Positions 23,496 to 35,896 of a stretch of DNA of 64,000 bases are shown here, in pieces. The notes beneath the pieces were generated by a model, which saw only the letters and a program-made list of their open reading frames with translations, had not been told where the DNA came from and did no database searches. The stretch comes from Vicugna vicugna. Its lineage: Eukaryota. Where the stretch lies: positions 372,001-436,000 of the forward strand of contig MU061168.1 in the NCBI GenBank assembly GCA_013265495.1. Reading direction: 5' to 3'. Position numbers and translations under genes: made by a program. Numbering within the stretch: the stretch's first letter is position 1; each line of letters begins with the position of its first letter.

Positions 23496-24034
23496 AAGAT
23501 GTAAGAAGTAGCATCAAGAATAGAAAAAGCAACCAGTCAAGAGTCCAGGAGGCTGACACTCAGCCTCCAAAATAATGCTATACCTGACTCATGGCTGCAT
23601 CCCCGCAGGACTTCTCCCAGGCACTTGTACAAATTAAACACTTCAACGAAGATGCTTTTACTGGTTGGATGGATGCATGCGTGCACAGATGCATGGGTTT
23701 CAAACAAGTCTTTAACAAATGCACCTCCAACTCAAAACCTAGCCAAAGGCCAACGTAAAAGCACTAGTGATCAAAACTGAACTCCTACTGAAACAGTCCC
23801 TGTGCAGTTAGTAGTTAATATTTCACTCATGTGCATAATGAAATACATCTTTCCGTAGCTAGACTGCTTTCAAAGAAATCTTTTCGGCTTCAAGTGCCAA
23901 TCAAAGAACCCTTAAATAATAATCATCTGAGGCAGAAACTGTTGAGCCCAGAGGAAATCTCCTTACCCCTATCTGGTCACTGGATGGCAAAAATTAGCAG
24001 CTCTGGATGTGATTTTCATGACAATAATTAACCA

Positions 24035-24200
24035 CAACTTTATGGATGACAAGGAGCTCTCTGTACATTATCACATCTGAGTCTTACACCCATTCTACAG
24101 ATGAAAAAAAAAAGAGTTTCGATGAAATAGCCTGAGAAACTAAATCAAAATTCAGATCAAGAGTTGTCTCCCTCTGAATTCCATTCTGTTGTCATGAAAG
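24035..24200 (-). mobile_element. MIR fragment
   Basis: acccattctacagatgaaaaaa...tagcctgaga...aaattcagatc. Confidence 0.55.
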
Positions 24201-24984
24201 CAAATACGTCCACCACCATAATCACCTTCACTTCCAGCAAAGAGGAAAGCAAGATTATGTGGTTATTGTGCCCCTAAAGGGGCAGTGACTTCTTACCTTC
24301 CACGGATCTACACTTGAAATATTTTCTCAAAGATTCTCTGTTTAATAAAACCCACAGACTACTTTCAGACAGCACCAGAATCTTCATCTTCCTAAGAGAT
24401 GGGCAGAGTTGGATTGTAAGCAGCAGAGATTTGTTCTTGGGCAATGAATCATCGGCTGTGGTTACCCCTCCACATTAGGGGAGGTGGGAGGGAGGCTGAA
24501 CTTTGTCAAGAGAGGGATTCTTCTGAGTGTAAGTGTAGCAAGTAAGAGTGTTGGTCCACAAACTCCACGTATGGAAGAATTCCGACTCTATCACGGGACT
24601 TTGAGCAGGTGGCTGGGCTGCAGCTCCATATCCAGGCTGCCATTGGTTGAGACAGCCTCACTCCTGCTTTGGGTGGTCAGGCCATGCAGGTCACTGCTGG
24701 GCCATTCTTCCCTCCCAATATTAGGCTTTTCTGAATCTGGCTTCTCTTTGCTACCTTCCAGCCCCTCTGCCACGTCCACTTCACCATGACGTCCAGTACA
24801 CGCAGTGTGACCTTGTCACATCCCCACCTCAGCATTTGGCAGCTCCAAGGACCCTCATGAATGGACACTGCCTGTGGGCTCCCTTAGATCCTTCCCAGCA
24901 CCCCCAGCCACCCACCCACAGCTACTCCTGGTCGGGGGTCTTTCCCTTTCCCACTTCCTATTCAGGAAAGCCAACCCCTAAACT

Positions 24985-25055
24985 GATGATTCCCCACGGG
25001 GCACTTTGGAAATTTGTGGATGTATTAATTGGTTGTCACAATGACGGGAGTTATA
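24985..25055 (+). mobile_element. MER20-like hAT fragment
   Basis: ccccacggggcactttggaaatttgtgga...ttggttgtcacaatga. Confidence 0.5.
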
Positions 25056-26252
25056 TTACCCATGAATTTAATTTTATTTCAGGAGAGTAAAGAAGACTTC
25101 ACAAAATAGTCACTACATAAAGCAGTTGTTAGCTTTAATAGGACTGAGGGTAACTGCCTTCAACGTCCTCTCTTCCATTCCTCTTCTCAGGATGAGATGA
25201 AGAAGGATGGTCACAGAATGCTGTCTTTGGGACCCTTGTCTTTCCCCTCCTCCTTCCCTTCTGGATCTGCCTTCCCCCAGGCTGGGAAGGTGCTGTCCTA
25301 GGTTCAGAAAAGCTGTCTGTGACTCCCTCTGACTTCGCTCTTCCCCAGAGCCGCTCACGGTCTCGGCTTTTAACAGCCAAAGCCTGGCGAGTGCATCTGC
25401 TGTCACTTCCCTTCCCTGAGGCAAGGATGCTCCAGGGTCCAGCTGCCCAGACAGGATAAGGGTCACCAGGTAAGGGATGTAGTAGGGAAAACACATCTGC
25501 CAGTATTTCCAAATGTTATGTCACCACATTATTGAGAAAGACCTGCTAACTAGGTGGTCATTTGAACCAGCCTCCAGAATGATGTTGTCACGCCATCACA
25601 GCCACAGTGCAGGGGAATGATTCAAGTGTGTACAAAGCTGTTAGATGGCCCTCACCACTGCTCAAAGCCGCAGCGCCATCCAAACACAGCAGACACCTAA
25701 GCGAGAGCATTCTAGTCAAGCATCTGCCTTGCACCTTCCCACCCTCTCCACCGAGAGAGCTCTATCCGCTTTCAGGGCCTTGCCACAAATTTCCCTGATC
25801 CTGTGTTTGCAGAATCCGTAGCTCCTGCTTCTGCACCCCCACGGCACATTTCACAGACTTCAGTTCTGCTGTGCTCCGTGGGGTAAGATCTGTGGGTTTC
25901 CTCCACGTGTCTCACCAGACTGTGAGGTTCCTTTGGGAAGAGGCCTTGTCACATTCACTCCTATATGACCAAATTTCAGGACTGCGCTCTCAGTTCATCC
26001 AAGGGTTGAAAAAGAAAAAAAAAAAAAAAACAGTCCACCTAGTGCAGTGGGTAAGACAGCTCTGCATCCAAAAACAATACATTTCTTTGTGTTTCTGATC
26101 GTGTAAATCTGAGTCAGCCCCATCCACAGGGATTTGTGGGAAATTTTACAGAACCCCTCTCCGGACCTCCTGGGATGGCACAGGAAGCCCTGTGAAAGGT
26201 TATGCAGCCCAAAACAATTGAGACAGGTTTCTGATTGTCACTTCCCAGTGGG

Positions 26253-26398
26253 CAGAACTGGCTACATCATTTGGATGGTGCAGTCAGTGCAAAATGAAAC
26301 TGCAGGTCTCTTTGTTCAAAAATTGTTAAGTATTTCAAGACAGAGAGGGCAGTGGCATTAAACCAAGTACAACTGCACAGGTCATGATGTCAGCCCTG
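26253..26398 (+). mobile_element. MER45A-like hAT-Tip100 MITE
   Basis: cagaactggctacat...cagtgcaaaatgaaa...cttgttcaaaaattgttaag-like core...gcattaaaccaag...cagccctg; perfect 8-bp TSD CCAGTGGG at 26245-26252 and 26399-26406. Confidence 0.85.
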
Positions 26399-26970
26399 CC
26401 AGTGGGTGTCTCTCCCACTCTCCCATCCCCAGGGCACAAGTGGTATGGGGCGTCCCAGGGTCCTTGCCTAACTTTCCTGAGGCTCCCAGGCTTTGGTGCC
26501 CAGGGTCCACCCCGTGGGCATACACCTGGGACACTGCATAGATGGGGGCTGGGTGTCTGCCACACATGGTATTCATATCTCCCACCTCCCAGAAGGAAGT
26601 CTCGCCCTGCGTGGCTCACAGAAGCCTTCAACCCCCATAGATGTGGCCACTCACTCTCCTAGCATGAAGACAACTTTCCCTTTCTCCTCTTCAGAGATTT
26701 TTTTTTCTGAGCCTGTCCTTCCAAATGAAGTTCTGGGGTAGAAGATTTTCTCCATAGAGGCCCCTGGAACACAACAAAGTTATGTTAGAATATTCTAAAC
26801 TCAGGTTCTAAAACTCAGGGACAAGGTCGGCAACTCAGCGTCATTGTAGGGAGATGATGGGGTGCTGAGGCATGAAACATGCACCCCTAGCATATCCATC
26901 TGAAGGGGCGGCCTCACTGGTATGCTGGCAAATGTTTAACAAAGGGCTGTCTAAGGAAAAAAAAAAACAA

Positions 26971-27147
26971 GCAGGAGGGTACAGCTCAGTGGTAGAGCGC
27001 ATGCTCAGCATGTACAAGGTCATGGGTTCAATCCCCAGTCCCTCCATTAAATAAATAAATACATACAAACAAATAAACATACATACATACATACATACAT
27101 ACATACGTCTAATAATCTCCTCCCCTCACCCCACCCTCCAAATAAAC
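26971..27147 (+). mobile_element. Camelid tRNA-derived SINE (Vic-1 type) with (TACA)n tail
   Basis: A box cagctcagtggtagag, B box ggttcaatccc, AT-rich tail. Confidence 0.9.
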
Positions 27148-28674
27148 AGTTTTCCTGATGTAAATACTCCTACCATGGCTCCTCTCAAAGACGTCAAGCT
27201 ACCACCGTGAAGTTATGATCAGAGCTGAGAAGGTAATGTCTCTCTCACGGGCTGGTGGGAGCCTGTTCCAGCACATCCCAGAGAGGCCAGTGCTAGCTCC
27301 AGCCCAGTGTTGCCCTGGGGGCTGGGGTGGGCAGATCTTCTGAACTCTGAAGAGACCGGAAGTCAAATTTTCGTGTTTGATGTTGCCATCTTAAAGTCAT
27401 GCAGGCCCAGGAGTCTGAAATCTCAGCTTGGACCAGAGAACGCTGGTGGTGGTGAGATGTGCAGGGAAATTCTGCCAATTAGTCCTTCTTGTCTCCATAT
27501 CCCCTCAACATGAAAATAAAACAGTAACATTTCAGAAGATCACCTACCCTACTGGCCTGTCTCTCGGGCATTCACCCATGAGCCTCCCAGAACATCCTGA
27601 GGCTGGTGATCACTCAGCTAGAACCATTTCCAGTTACTACATTGAAAGAGCTTATTTAGTGGCCAGTTTTTGGTGTCTTCTCAATGATATCCCAATATTG
27701 GGAAAGTATGAAAACAGTTGATAGCATTGATCAATGGTGATGATGGATAATGATGGCGTACTTTTAAAAGCATGGGGCGCGAAGTTTGCTGGACCCTTCA
27801 GGCCTCGGTTTGACCCTTTTTCTCCCCTCCTGTTCTTCTTGATGATGCTTTATGTATATTCCATGTCACTCAGCGGCCCCAGGAGATGAATGACTATGGA
27901 AGCAAAAGAGAACAGGCGGCAGCAGTGAGAATATTCTCTTGCCTGCAGCAGGCAGTGGAATACATTTTTCAAGCCTGAAACATCATAGAAACAGAATGAT
28001 TCTTTTAAATGCCCTTCCTTTTATTTTCATTCAGTTGCTTTTTGTGTTTTTTTTTTAATTGCTCATTTTGCTTAAGGAGCCTCAAGGCATGAGCACAGCA
28101 AAGTATCATTAATTAAAATATTTAAAATGATAGCCATGGTAACAAAGCTCCTGAATCAGCCCAGGCAGCACAGACAGCAAACACAATTATTATCCATAAT
28201 AACAGCCAAATCATCACTGCTTCTCTCTACTCGGAGACAATGCATCCTTCCCGGAGTGCTAAGTGGCTGTAAAGATGAGTAAATCACGAGCACCGAAAAT
28301 GAGACTAGATGGGATTTCTGGGGTCGTTCTCAGTCTAGGCAGAAACCTTGCCCTTCCTCCTGCCCCAGCCTCCCCCTGCGTGAGGGGTTTCCAGACAGAG
28401 AGCGCTGCGTGGCAGCCACTCACGCCCCTTCCCCAGCTCTTCTCCCAGGACCCAGGGGGAGGCTCAGCGGTGAATCAGCCGGGGCCGGATGTGCCAGCTG
28501 GTACACCATAAACATGTTAGTGCTTTTCCTGCACCTGGAAGACCCCCCTGTAGGAAATCATTCCCACAACATAAGCCCAGAAGAGCAGAAATAGTAATAA
28601 TTTATGTTAAAGCTTTTAGACACAGGAACACAGAGAGCATTACCAACCCCACTCTACGTGATGAAGAGAAATTC

Positions 28675-28960
28675 TTATTCATTCATTCATTCATTCATTC
28701 AAGATGTACTGAGCACCCACTATGTGTCAAATTCTGGGCCAGGATTTTTTCTAGGCACCACAGGGATACTGAGATGGAAGACTTGGTGTGTATCTTCAGT
28801 CTGCAAGGTTTTGTGGGAAAGATGCCAACAGTTACAATCAAGTGAAGGGGAGTCGGGATGGGAGCAAAGCGGGGGGGCACTCACCCCCATCGGTGGTGGA
28901 GAAAATGAGAGGCCATGGAGAGACTCTCACAGGAGGTGGTGCCTGACTTGAATTCTAATG
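28675..28960 (-). mobile_element. L2 3' end
   Basis: (attc)n then aagatgtactgagcacccactatgtgtcaaattctgggc. Confidence 0.7.
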
Positions 28961-29864
28961 ATACTCACAGAAAATACTCTTGGTGCCCCTCCCATGTCTC
29001 CCTGCCACTTAACCCATCCCTGCAGGCCCAGCTTCCAACTTCTGACTTCCTTCTGCCAGCACCTGCAAGTCTGAGGCCAAAGGCTTCATCCAGCTGTCGG
29101 TAAGCTCTGCCGCCCGGAGTGGTAGGCAAGAGTGCCAGAGAATTAACTCCTCCTGGGAGAAGCTCTCGACCAACGACAGATGGGAGGTGGTGGGTAAGCA
29201 CTCCAGGAATCTCATGTCTCACGTAGGGTAACTCAGAGGCCAGTTCTTCACTGCTCTAGCCTCTCCCCCAGAGATTTCCAGAAGGATTAAGCCAGATGCC
29301 CATAGGACCAACTTGCTTGCTTGACTGCCTTCCCTCTCTCTTACCAAAGCAATTCACTATCAACCACCAGAACCTCATGAGATCACCTTCCAAATGAACT
29401 GCTAGCGCTAACAGTCTTTGTCTCATGGGCTGCAGCTGGGCCATCTCAAACTAAGACAGTGCTCCAGTTACAGAGAACAACATGGGAAAAGTCCAAACAG
29501 AGGCAGGATACTTATTCACTGCAAACAGTTAACCGGGTCAGGCTGCAGAACAGAGGGGGTGAGGGAAGGGCTGTTCCCTGTAGTGGTGACAATCAAGATT
29601 ACAGATCCCTCTTAAGGTCTTTTTCTATCTTCACCTCTCTGCAAGGAATACTCCTACACACACATCCGGGTTAAACTTACAGTAACTTTGGCCCTTAATA
29701 CAGCTCTAGGTCTCATCTTGGCTTTCCCCTCTCATTTTTTCCTATCTCAATTAAGTGATCTGGCTCCAAACACTTTATCCTGGCACAACTGGCCTGGAAT
29801 CCCTGCAGCAGACTTCCTGTAGTCATTGTCTCAGTTCTAAAACCATAGGCACAAGAATGGTATC

Positions 29865-30420
29865 TGTGGTCACCAATCTCCGGATGGCTCCAAATGGAGT
29901 AGGTTCATTTCCACAGTAACAGCTTCATGTAATTGGCTTCCACTTCGTGTCCAAGTTGATCTGCATGACCAAAAGAATATGGAAGAAGTGATGGCGTGTA
30001 ACTTTCAATGCTAGGTCATCAAAGACATCACAGTTTCTGTCTTGCTCTCGGATTGCTTGCTCTGGGGAAGCTAGCAGCCATATTGTGAGGATACTCAAGC
30101 AGCTCTCTGGTGAGGTCCATGTGGTGAGGACTGCAGGCCTTCTTTCAACAGACAGCGAAACCAGAGACCTCCAACCAATGACTATGTGAGTGAGCCATCT
30201 TGGGAGCAAACCCTTCATCTCCAGGCAATCTTCAGAATACTGCGATCCCAGAGAATGTCTTGACTGTTACCTCATAAGAGACTCTGATCCAGAACCACCC
30301 AGGTAATCTACTCTCACATTCCTGACTCTCAGAAGCTGTGCAAGATAACAAATGCTTGTGTTTTTTTTAAGCCACTACATTTTGGGGTAAGTTGTTACAC
30401 AGCAATAGATAACTAATACA
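29865..30420 (+). mobile_element. Complete MLT1F/G-like MaLR solo LTR
   Basis: tgtggtc...gttgttacacagcaatagataactaataca; 5-bp TSD GTATC/GTGTC. Confidence 0.85.
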
Positions 30421-30834
30421 GTGTCGCATGCTCACTTCTCACCCAGTCTAGCCCCACCTCTGAATCAAGGCAAATAAGAAAGGAGGAAGAGACTGTAGCA
30501 GATGATGAACTTCATTTTGGATATCTGAGGAACATCCTAAAGGAGATAATAGGAGGTGGGCAATTGGAAATATGAGTCTGATGTCTATGCAGAGAAAAAA
30601 CTAGGGTTGGAGTTTCAATGTATATTACTGAGTTATCAGGATACAGAGGTCGAGGAAGACACTGCTGTGAAGAGAAAGGCCCAAGAAGTGTATGTGTGGT
30701 GCAAATTGTCCAAATTCTCCCTCCGTTAATACTGGTAGAGTTAGTCAGTGCTAAGAGATGGGTTACAAGGAACAAAACTTGTGGCAAGTTTTCCTGCTTT
30801 AAAGGTGAAAACCCCAAAAGTCCCAAGGGGTCCT

Positions 30835-31630
30835 GTATGAGCTATTAATTGCTGCATAAGAAATGATCCCATTACTTACTGTCTTGAAATAACAAACATG
30901 GATTATTATCTTATACAGTTTCCACGAGTCTAGAATACAGGAGTTGCTTAGCTGGGTGATTCTGGTAACGTGTACAAGAACATTTATCATAGTGTTGTTT
31001 ATGATTGCAAAATATTAGACAATCTAAGTGTGCAATAATAGGAAATGGACAAACAGTGTATCCATTAAAACTGAGGTTTAAGAGAAACTTTTAGTAACAT
31101 AGGAAACTGATCATAATGTCACCAATAAAACATGATGTAAAATTATAAACAGAATACGATTCCAATTTCTTTAAAATGTCTAAATTATATAAAAAGACCA
31201 AAAGCACTATGCCAAAATGGTAATTGTAGTTACATAAGTTATCTATTACTAAGTAACAGATCACTCCCAAAATTAGTGGCTTAAAACAGTAATGACTTAT
31301 TTGTTCATGATTCTAGAGTCTGCATAATTCTTCCGCTGGTTTCTCCTGGAGTCACTTATACAGCTTCAATCACCGGTGACATGATTGAGACTGAAAGTCC
31401 AAGACAACTTCATTCACCTGTCTGGCCCCTCAGCTGGGATAACAGGAACAATTAGGGGTTGCCTGAACCTCTCTCTCCTTCTCCATGGTCTTCCATCAGA
31501 ACAGTCAGACCTCTTTACATAGTGGTTCCAGGCTCCAAGAGGATGTCTTCCGAAAAAATGGCCCTTAATATGCAAGTACTTATTAAGTCTGTGCTTGTGT
31601 TACATTTGCTAATGCCCCATTAGCCAAAGA
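30835..31630. mobile_element. Two MLT1 fragments flanking an L1ME 3' fragment (about 30965-31230)
   Basis: tattaattgctgcataagaaatgatccc and tattactaagtaacagatcactcccaaaattagtggcttaaaacag (MLT1 reverse); aaaatattagacaatctaagtgtgcaataataggaaatgg (L1). Confidence 0.6.
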
Positions 31631-31997
31631 TGGCAAATCTGAAATGCATAGGGCAGGACATGACAGACTGGAAATTAAGGTAAGAGTTGATGTTGCAAAC
31701 TTGAGTCTGAAATCCACAGGGCAGCAGGCTGAAAATTCAGGCAGGGCTTCTATGTTTCAATCTTGAGGAGAATTCATCTTCCTCAGAAAACCTTGGTCTT
31801 TGTTCTTATACCCTGCAATTGATCAGATGAGACCCACCCACAGTATGAAGGGCAATCTGCTTTGCTCAGAGTTGACTGATTTAAATATTAATCACATCTT
31901 TAAAAAATACCTTCACAGCCAACACCTAGACTTGTATTTGACCAAAAATCTGGGCACCATAGCCTAGCCAGGGGGGCAGATAAAATTAACCATGGCA
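31630..31997 (-). mobile_element. MLT2 (ERVL) LTR
   Basis: aataccttcacagccaacacctagacttgtatttgaccaaaaatctgggcaccatagcctagcc...aaattaaccatggca. Confidence 0.8.
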
Positions 31998-32194
31998 CAG
32001 GGCCATGCCCAGAGTGAGTGTGTGAGGAGACCACACAGGGCGTGAAGCACCAAGAGAACAGGCTACCATGGTAGATACAGCTGACAGGGCTTTTTCTTTC
32101 CTTTTTTGATCTGTATGCTTGAAATTTTCTGCAAAGAGCATGTATAACATTTTGGGGGAAAATAACAAATGTTTTATAATGGTCCATACTCCTT

Positions 32195-32378
32195 ATTTTT
32201 ATTTATTTATTTATTTTATTGAAGTATAGTCAGTTTACAATGTGTTGATTTCTGGTGTGCAGCATAATGTTTCAGTCATACATATATTCATTTTCATATT
32301 CTTTTCCATTATAGGTTACTACAAGATGTTGAATACAGTTTCCTGTGCTATACAGAAGAAACTTGTTGTTTATCTCAT
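32195..32378 (-). mobile_element. Young L1 3' end
   Basis: (ttta)n then ttgaagtatagtcagtttacaatgtg...gatgttgaatacagtttcctgtgctatac. Confidence 0.85.
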
Positions 32379-32599
32379 ATTCATCATTTTTAAAGGCAAG
32401 ATATGCAGAAAAGTACAAAGAAGAAATCAACAAGTCACTGGAAATCTCACCGATCAGAAATAATCAGTGTTCGTTTCTATGATCACCTTTGCAGCCACTC
32501 TCCGATATTTATACAGATGTCAGGAAAAAAGAGAGAAAAAGAAAGATGGGGCAATAGAGACAGGGAGACAGTTCTAAAAATGAGATGACTCTATGAATG

Positions 32600-34620
32600 C
32601 TATTTGTAAATTTAATTTTTTTTTCTTGAATTTAACAAAAGAGAAAGAAACTGCAGGAAACTTGAAAGAGTTTATAGTACATCAAATGTTTCTTCATTAA
32701 CTTAAAAATTACTCTAAGGTTAAAGAAAATTTTTAAATGTTACAAACACCATTAAGAATTTGTAGTCATTTTTTAACAAGAATTTTAAATAGTGTTGGCT
32801 AACTTGTGCTCCAAGCAGTATGCAATTGGTAACACTCTCACACTTCCTCCCACCTTCCCTCCCCCTCCCTGCCAGTGTCTACTGATTAGGTTGGTTTACT
32901 TCGCCAGAGTTTATAATAGTAGCATTCTATGATGCAATCTTAATTTGCTTAGAAAAAATTAGTTTTTAATGCAAATGAATTCATTGCTCACCACTAGTCC
33001 TTTTTTCCAGCCTTGCAAACCTGATCTCATAGCCAAAGAGTTCTGGGTTTATGTAAGCAGATAATGGGTGACCAACTCCCGCCGGGATTTCGTATTTAAG
33101 ACTGCTTGTCTATTGCCTTCACGCGTGGGCAACTCCTTGGTTGCATGTAGTTTTCTTAGATCTCATTTTCAAACCTCAGAACTTTATAAACTTTGCTCCT
33201 TATCTTTGAACTTAGGAAGGTATCATAGTGTATAGGATAGCCTACTCTTCCCCACTGCCAGGAATTACATTGTACCTAGATGCCTGAGGAATGCTTTCTT
33301 TATGCTTTATGTTCAATAACTTAACCGAGAAAAATCCTTGCTGTCAGTCATTCTCCATCTTTCTTCCTTGGCATATGGCGAACCCTTCCACACGCAGATC
33401 TGCAGGTTTAAATCTTCTCTGAATTCTTTCTTTTTGGATTCTCTATTTCAGGGACACCTATCACCTTGCTTTTGAATCATCTTTTTCTTACCTCCTCTTC
33501 CTTCTAATTGTTTAGTCTTTTTTCTTCTTCTCTGCATTCACTGTGATTATCTCTAGCTTTTCCTTCATGTCATTAATTCCGTTTTTAGCAATGTCATTTT
33601 GTTTCTTGCTTTTTTTATGTTACTTTATTTCAATTCATCTCCTTAGGTCTGCAATCTCCTTTTATAACTCATTCTATTGTTTTATCATCTCATCTTTCAG
33701 CTCTTGTTGATCGCATTTCTAATCCTTAATTTATTCTCTAAAGGAAAGCATTCATGGGGAAGCCACGTCTGTCGCCTGATTTGTGTTTCTTCCAGACTGG
33801 ATTCTTCACCTGACTTTTCCCAGGCCACACCTGACTTTTTGACTGATTGATTTTCCTATGGTATGTTTGCTTCTTTGCTCTGTGATTTCTTTTCATCTTG
33901 CTTGCGCCCAGTGTGAGCAGCTCAACCGATAACACTCTTCCCTCCTTACCAGTTTGCCGGTTTGCCAGTTTGCCTTCCCCAACTCGGTGTCATTTTGAGG
34001 ACTAGGTATTGTTGGTCTAACCATTTTTCTGTAACCTAAGAGGACAGAGCTCAGCCAGAAGTTAGTTCAGCCCTTGTTGAGGAATCTGTACTCCAAGATT
34101 TCTTCTGAGACAACACTAAATGCCCAAGACAATGGCCCACCGCCCTGCAGCAGAGATCCGCTTTTGTGGGCTATAGTTCATCCTCCAAACTAGTTCAGTA
34201 TCTCGGAAGATAGTAAGCCCTTAACCCTGCTGGTGGGAGTCCAACTGATACCACCTTTCCAGAAAGCAATTTGACAATAGGTATCAAGACTTTATATATC
34301 AAGGTCCATATTTATAACTTGATCCAATATTATCTCTTCTGAGGGTCTAGTTGGGAAAAAAAGAAAGGAAAGGGAAACGAAGATTCATTTGCAAAGAAGT
34401 TCGTTGGAGCATTATGTATAATAGCTATAAACCAGAAATATTTTAAATGTTCAACACAGAGGCATGTAGTAGTAAAGATTGTGGTGAAAAAAATTAGGTT
34501 TGTGAAGCACTTTTAATGATATGATTAGATGCTTATAATATTTAGTAAAAAACCAAAATACAGAATGAAACATACACCAATACCTCAATTATGTTTTAAA
34601 ATGATTAGGAACCACACCTA
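32600..34620. mobile_element. Old L1M fragments (antisense to about 34250, then a sense L1ME 3' piece)
   Basis: T-rich degraded ORF1/5' antisense sequence, then taatagctataaaccagaaatattttaaatgttcaac. Confidence 0.45.
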
Positions 34621-34846
34621 GGAAGAATCATAGACCCAAAGTTTCAGGAGGGCAAGAAACATGACTGTTTTGTTCACTCCTGTGTAGTCAGAACCTAACA
34701 CAGGGCTTGGCATGTAACAGATGCACAGTGAATGTTTATGAATAAATGAATAGAATAAATTCAGCAAAAGAAATTTCTCTCAGAATTCAATAAAGGAATA
34801 GCTGTGTTTCGGAATGACTGATTTTATACATCTTCAATCGTGCTTT

Positions 34847-34899
34847 TTTTAAAATTGAAGTATGGTCGGTTTACAATGTTGTGTCAATTTCTGGTGTAT
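34847..34899 (-). mobile_element. Extremely 5'-truncated young L1 (53 nt)
   Basis: aaaattgaagtatggtcggtttacaatgttgtgtcaatttctggtgta; degenerate 13-bp TSD tcaatcgtgcttt / tccatcatgcttt. Confidence 0.75.
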
Positions 34900-35024
34900 T
34901 CCATCATGCTTTGACTAATAGAAAACGACACGTTTGGTCTAACAGAGGTAGAGACTCTCAGAAATGCATTTTGCATGTATCATTATCTCATTTCCCCTAC
35001 TCTGATTTATTCTTTGACAGGGTT

Positions 35025-35335
35025 TTTTTTTAATAAAGTTTTATTGAGGAATAATTTTCATACTATGCAATTCACTCATTGTAAGTGTACAAAGCAATAT
35101 ATTTGGTAACTTTATATAGAGTTAGGCCACCATCATCACAATCCAGTTTTAGAACATTTTCATCACCCAAAATAAATCCCTTCAAGTTCCTTCACAGTCA
35201 GTCCCCGTCCCCACACCAAGCTCCAGATAACCACTGATCAGGATCAGCCTCCTGACTATATAATTTGCTTTCACTGGATATTTTGTATAATTGAAACCAT
35301 ACATGATGAAGCCCTTGGACACCAACTTCTTTCAC
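35025..35335 (-). mobile_element. L1MB/MC-type 3' end
   Basis: aattcactcattgtaagtgtac...accatcatcacaatccagttttagaacatttttcatcaccc. Confidence 0.75.
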
Positions 35336-35339
35336 TTAA

Positions 35340-35602
35340 TGTTTTGGAGGCATAAGAAGGAGGACTAAAGAAAGGACAGTATGAGAAGGTCTTGGCCCTA
35401 TATTGCTACCTGGCTTTAAAAATACAAGAAGAGGGCCATAAGCCAAGGAAGGAAGGTGGTCTCTTGAGCTGGAAAAGGCAAGGAAATGGATTCTCCCTGG
35501 AGTCTCCACAAATGAATGCCCTCTGCCAACAACTTGACATTGGCTCAACAAGATCCATGTCATACTTCTGATCTCCAGAACTGTAAGGTAACAAAATCTT
35601 TT
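35340..35602 (+). mobile_element. MLT1C/D LTR, cut by a SINE
   Basis: gagctggaaaaggcaaggaaatggattctccctggagtctcca...ttctgatctccagaactgtaagg. Confidence 0.8.
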
Positions 35603-35726
35603 GAGGGGGGAGGTAATTAGGTTGACTTACTTATGTATTTATTTTTTAATAGAGGTACTGGGGATTGAACTCAGGACCCTGTGCATGCTAAGCCAGCACT
35701 CTACCACCAAGCTATACCCTCCCCTC
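35603..35726 (-). mobile_element. Camelid Vic-1-type SINE
   Basis: ggggattgaactcaggaccctgtgcatgctaagccagcactctaccaccaagctataccctcccc. Confidence 0.9.
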
Positions 35727-35728
35727 TA

Positions 35729-35896
35729 NNNNNNNNNNNNNNNNNNNNNNNNNNNNNNNNNNNNNNNNNNNNNNNNNNNNNNNNNNNNNNNNNNNNNNNN
35801 NNNNNNNNNNNNNNNNNNNNNNNNNNNNNNNNNNNNNNNNNNNNNNNNNNNNNNNNNNNNNNNNNNNNNNNNNNNNNNNNNNNNNNNNNNNNNNNN
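35729..35896. other. N-run (168 nt)
   Basis: Unresolved bases next to a SINE head. Confidence 1.

Noticed and set aside
26971-27045. tRNA-like A and B boxes, also at 35.7, 55.0 and 55.3 kb
   Set aside because: These are SINE heads followed by AT-rich tails and, in one case, a clear TSD. They are not intact tRNA cloverleaves.
29060-29105. Micro-exon-like segment (ctgccag|...TCG|GTAAGC) and other isolated donors such as 59532
   Set aside because: Single splice-signal pairs of this quality are common by chance and have no supporting neighbours.
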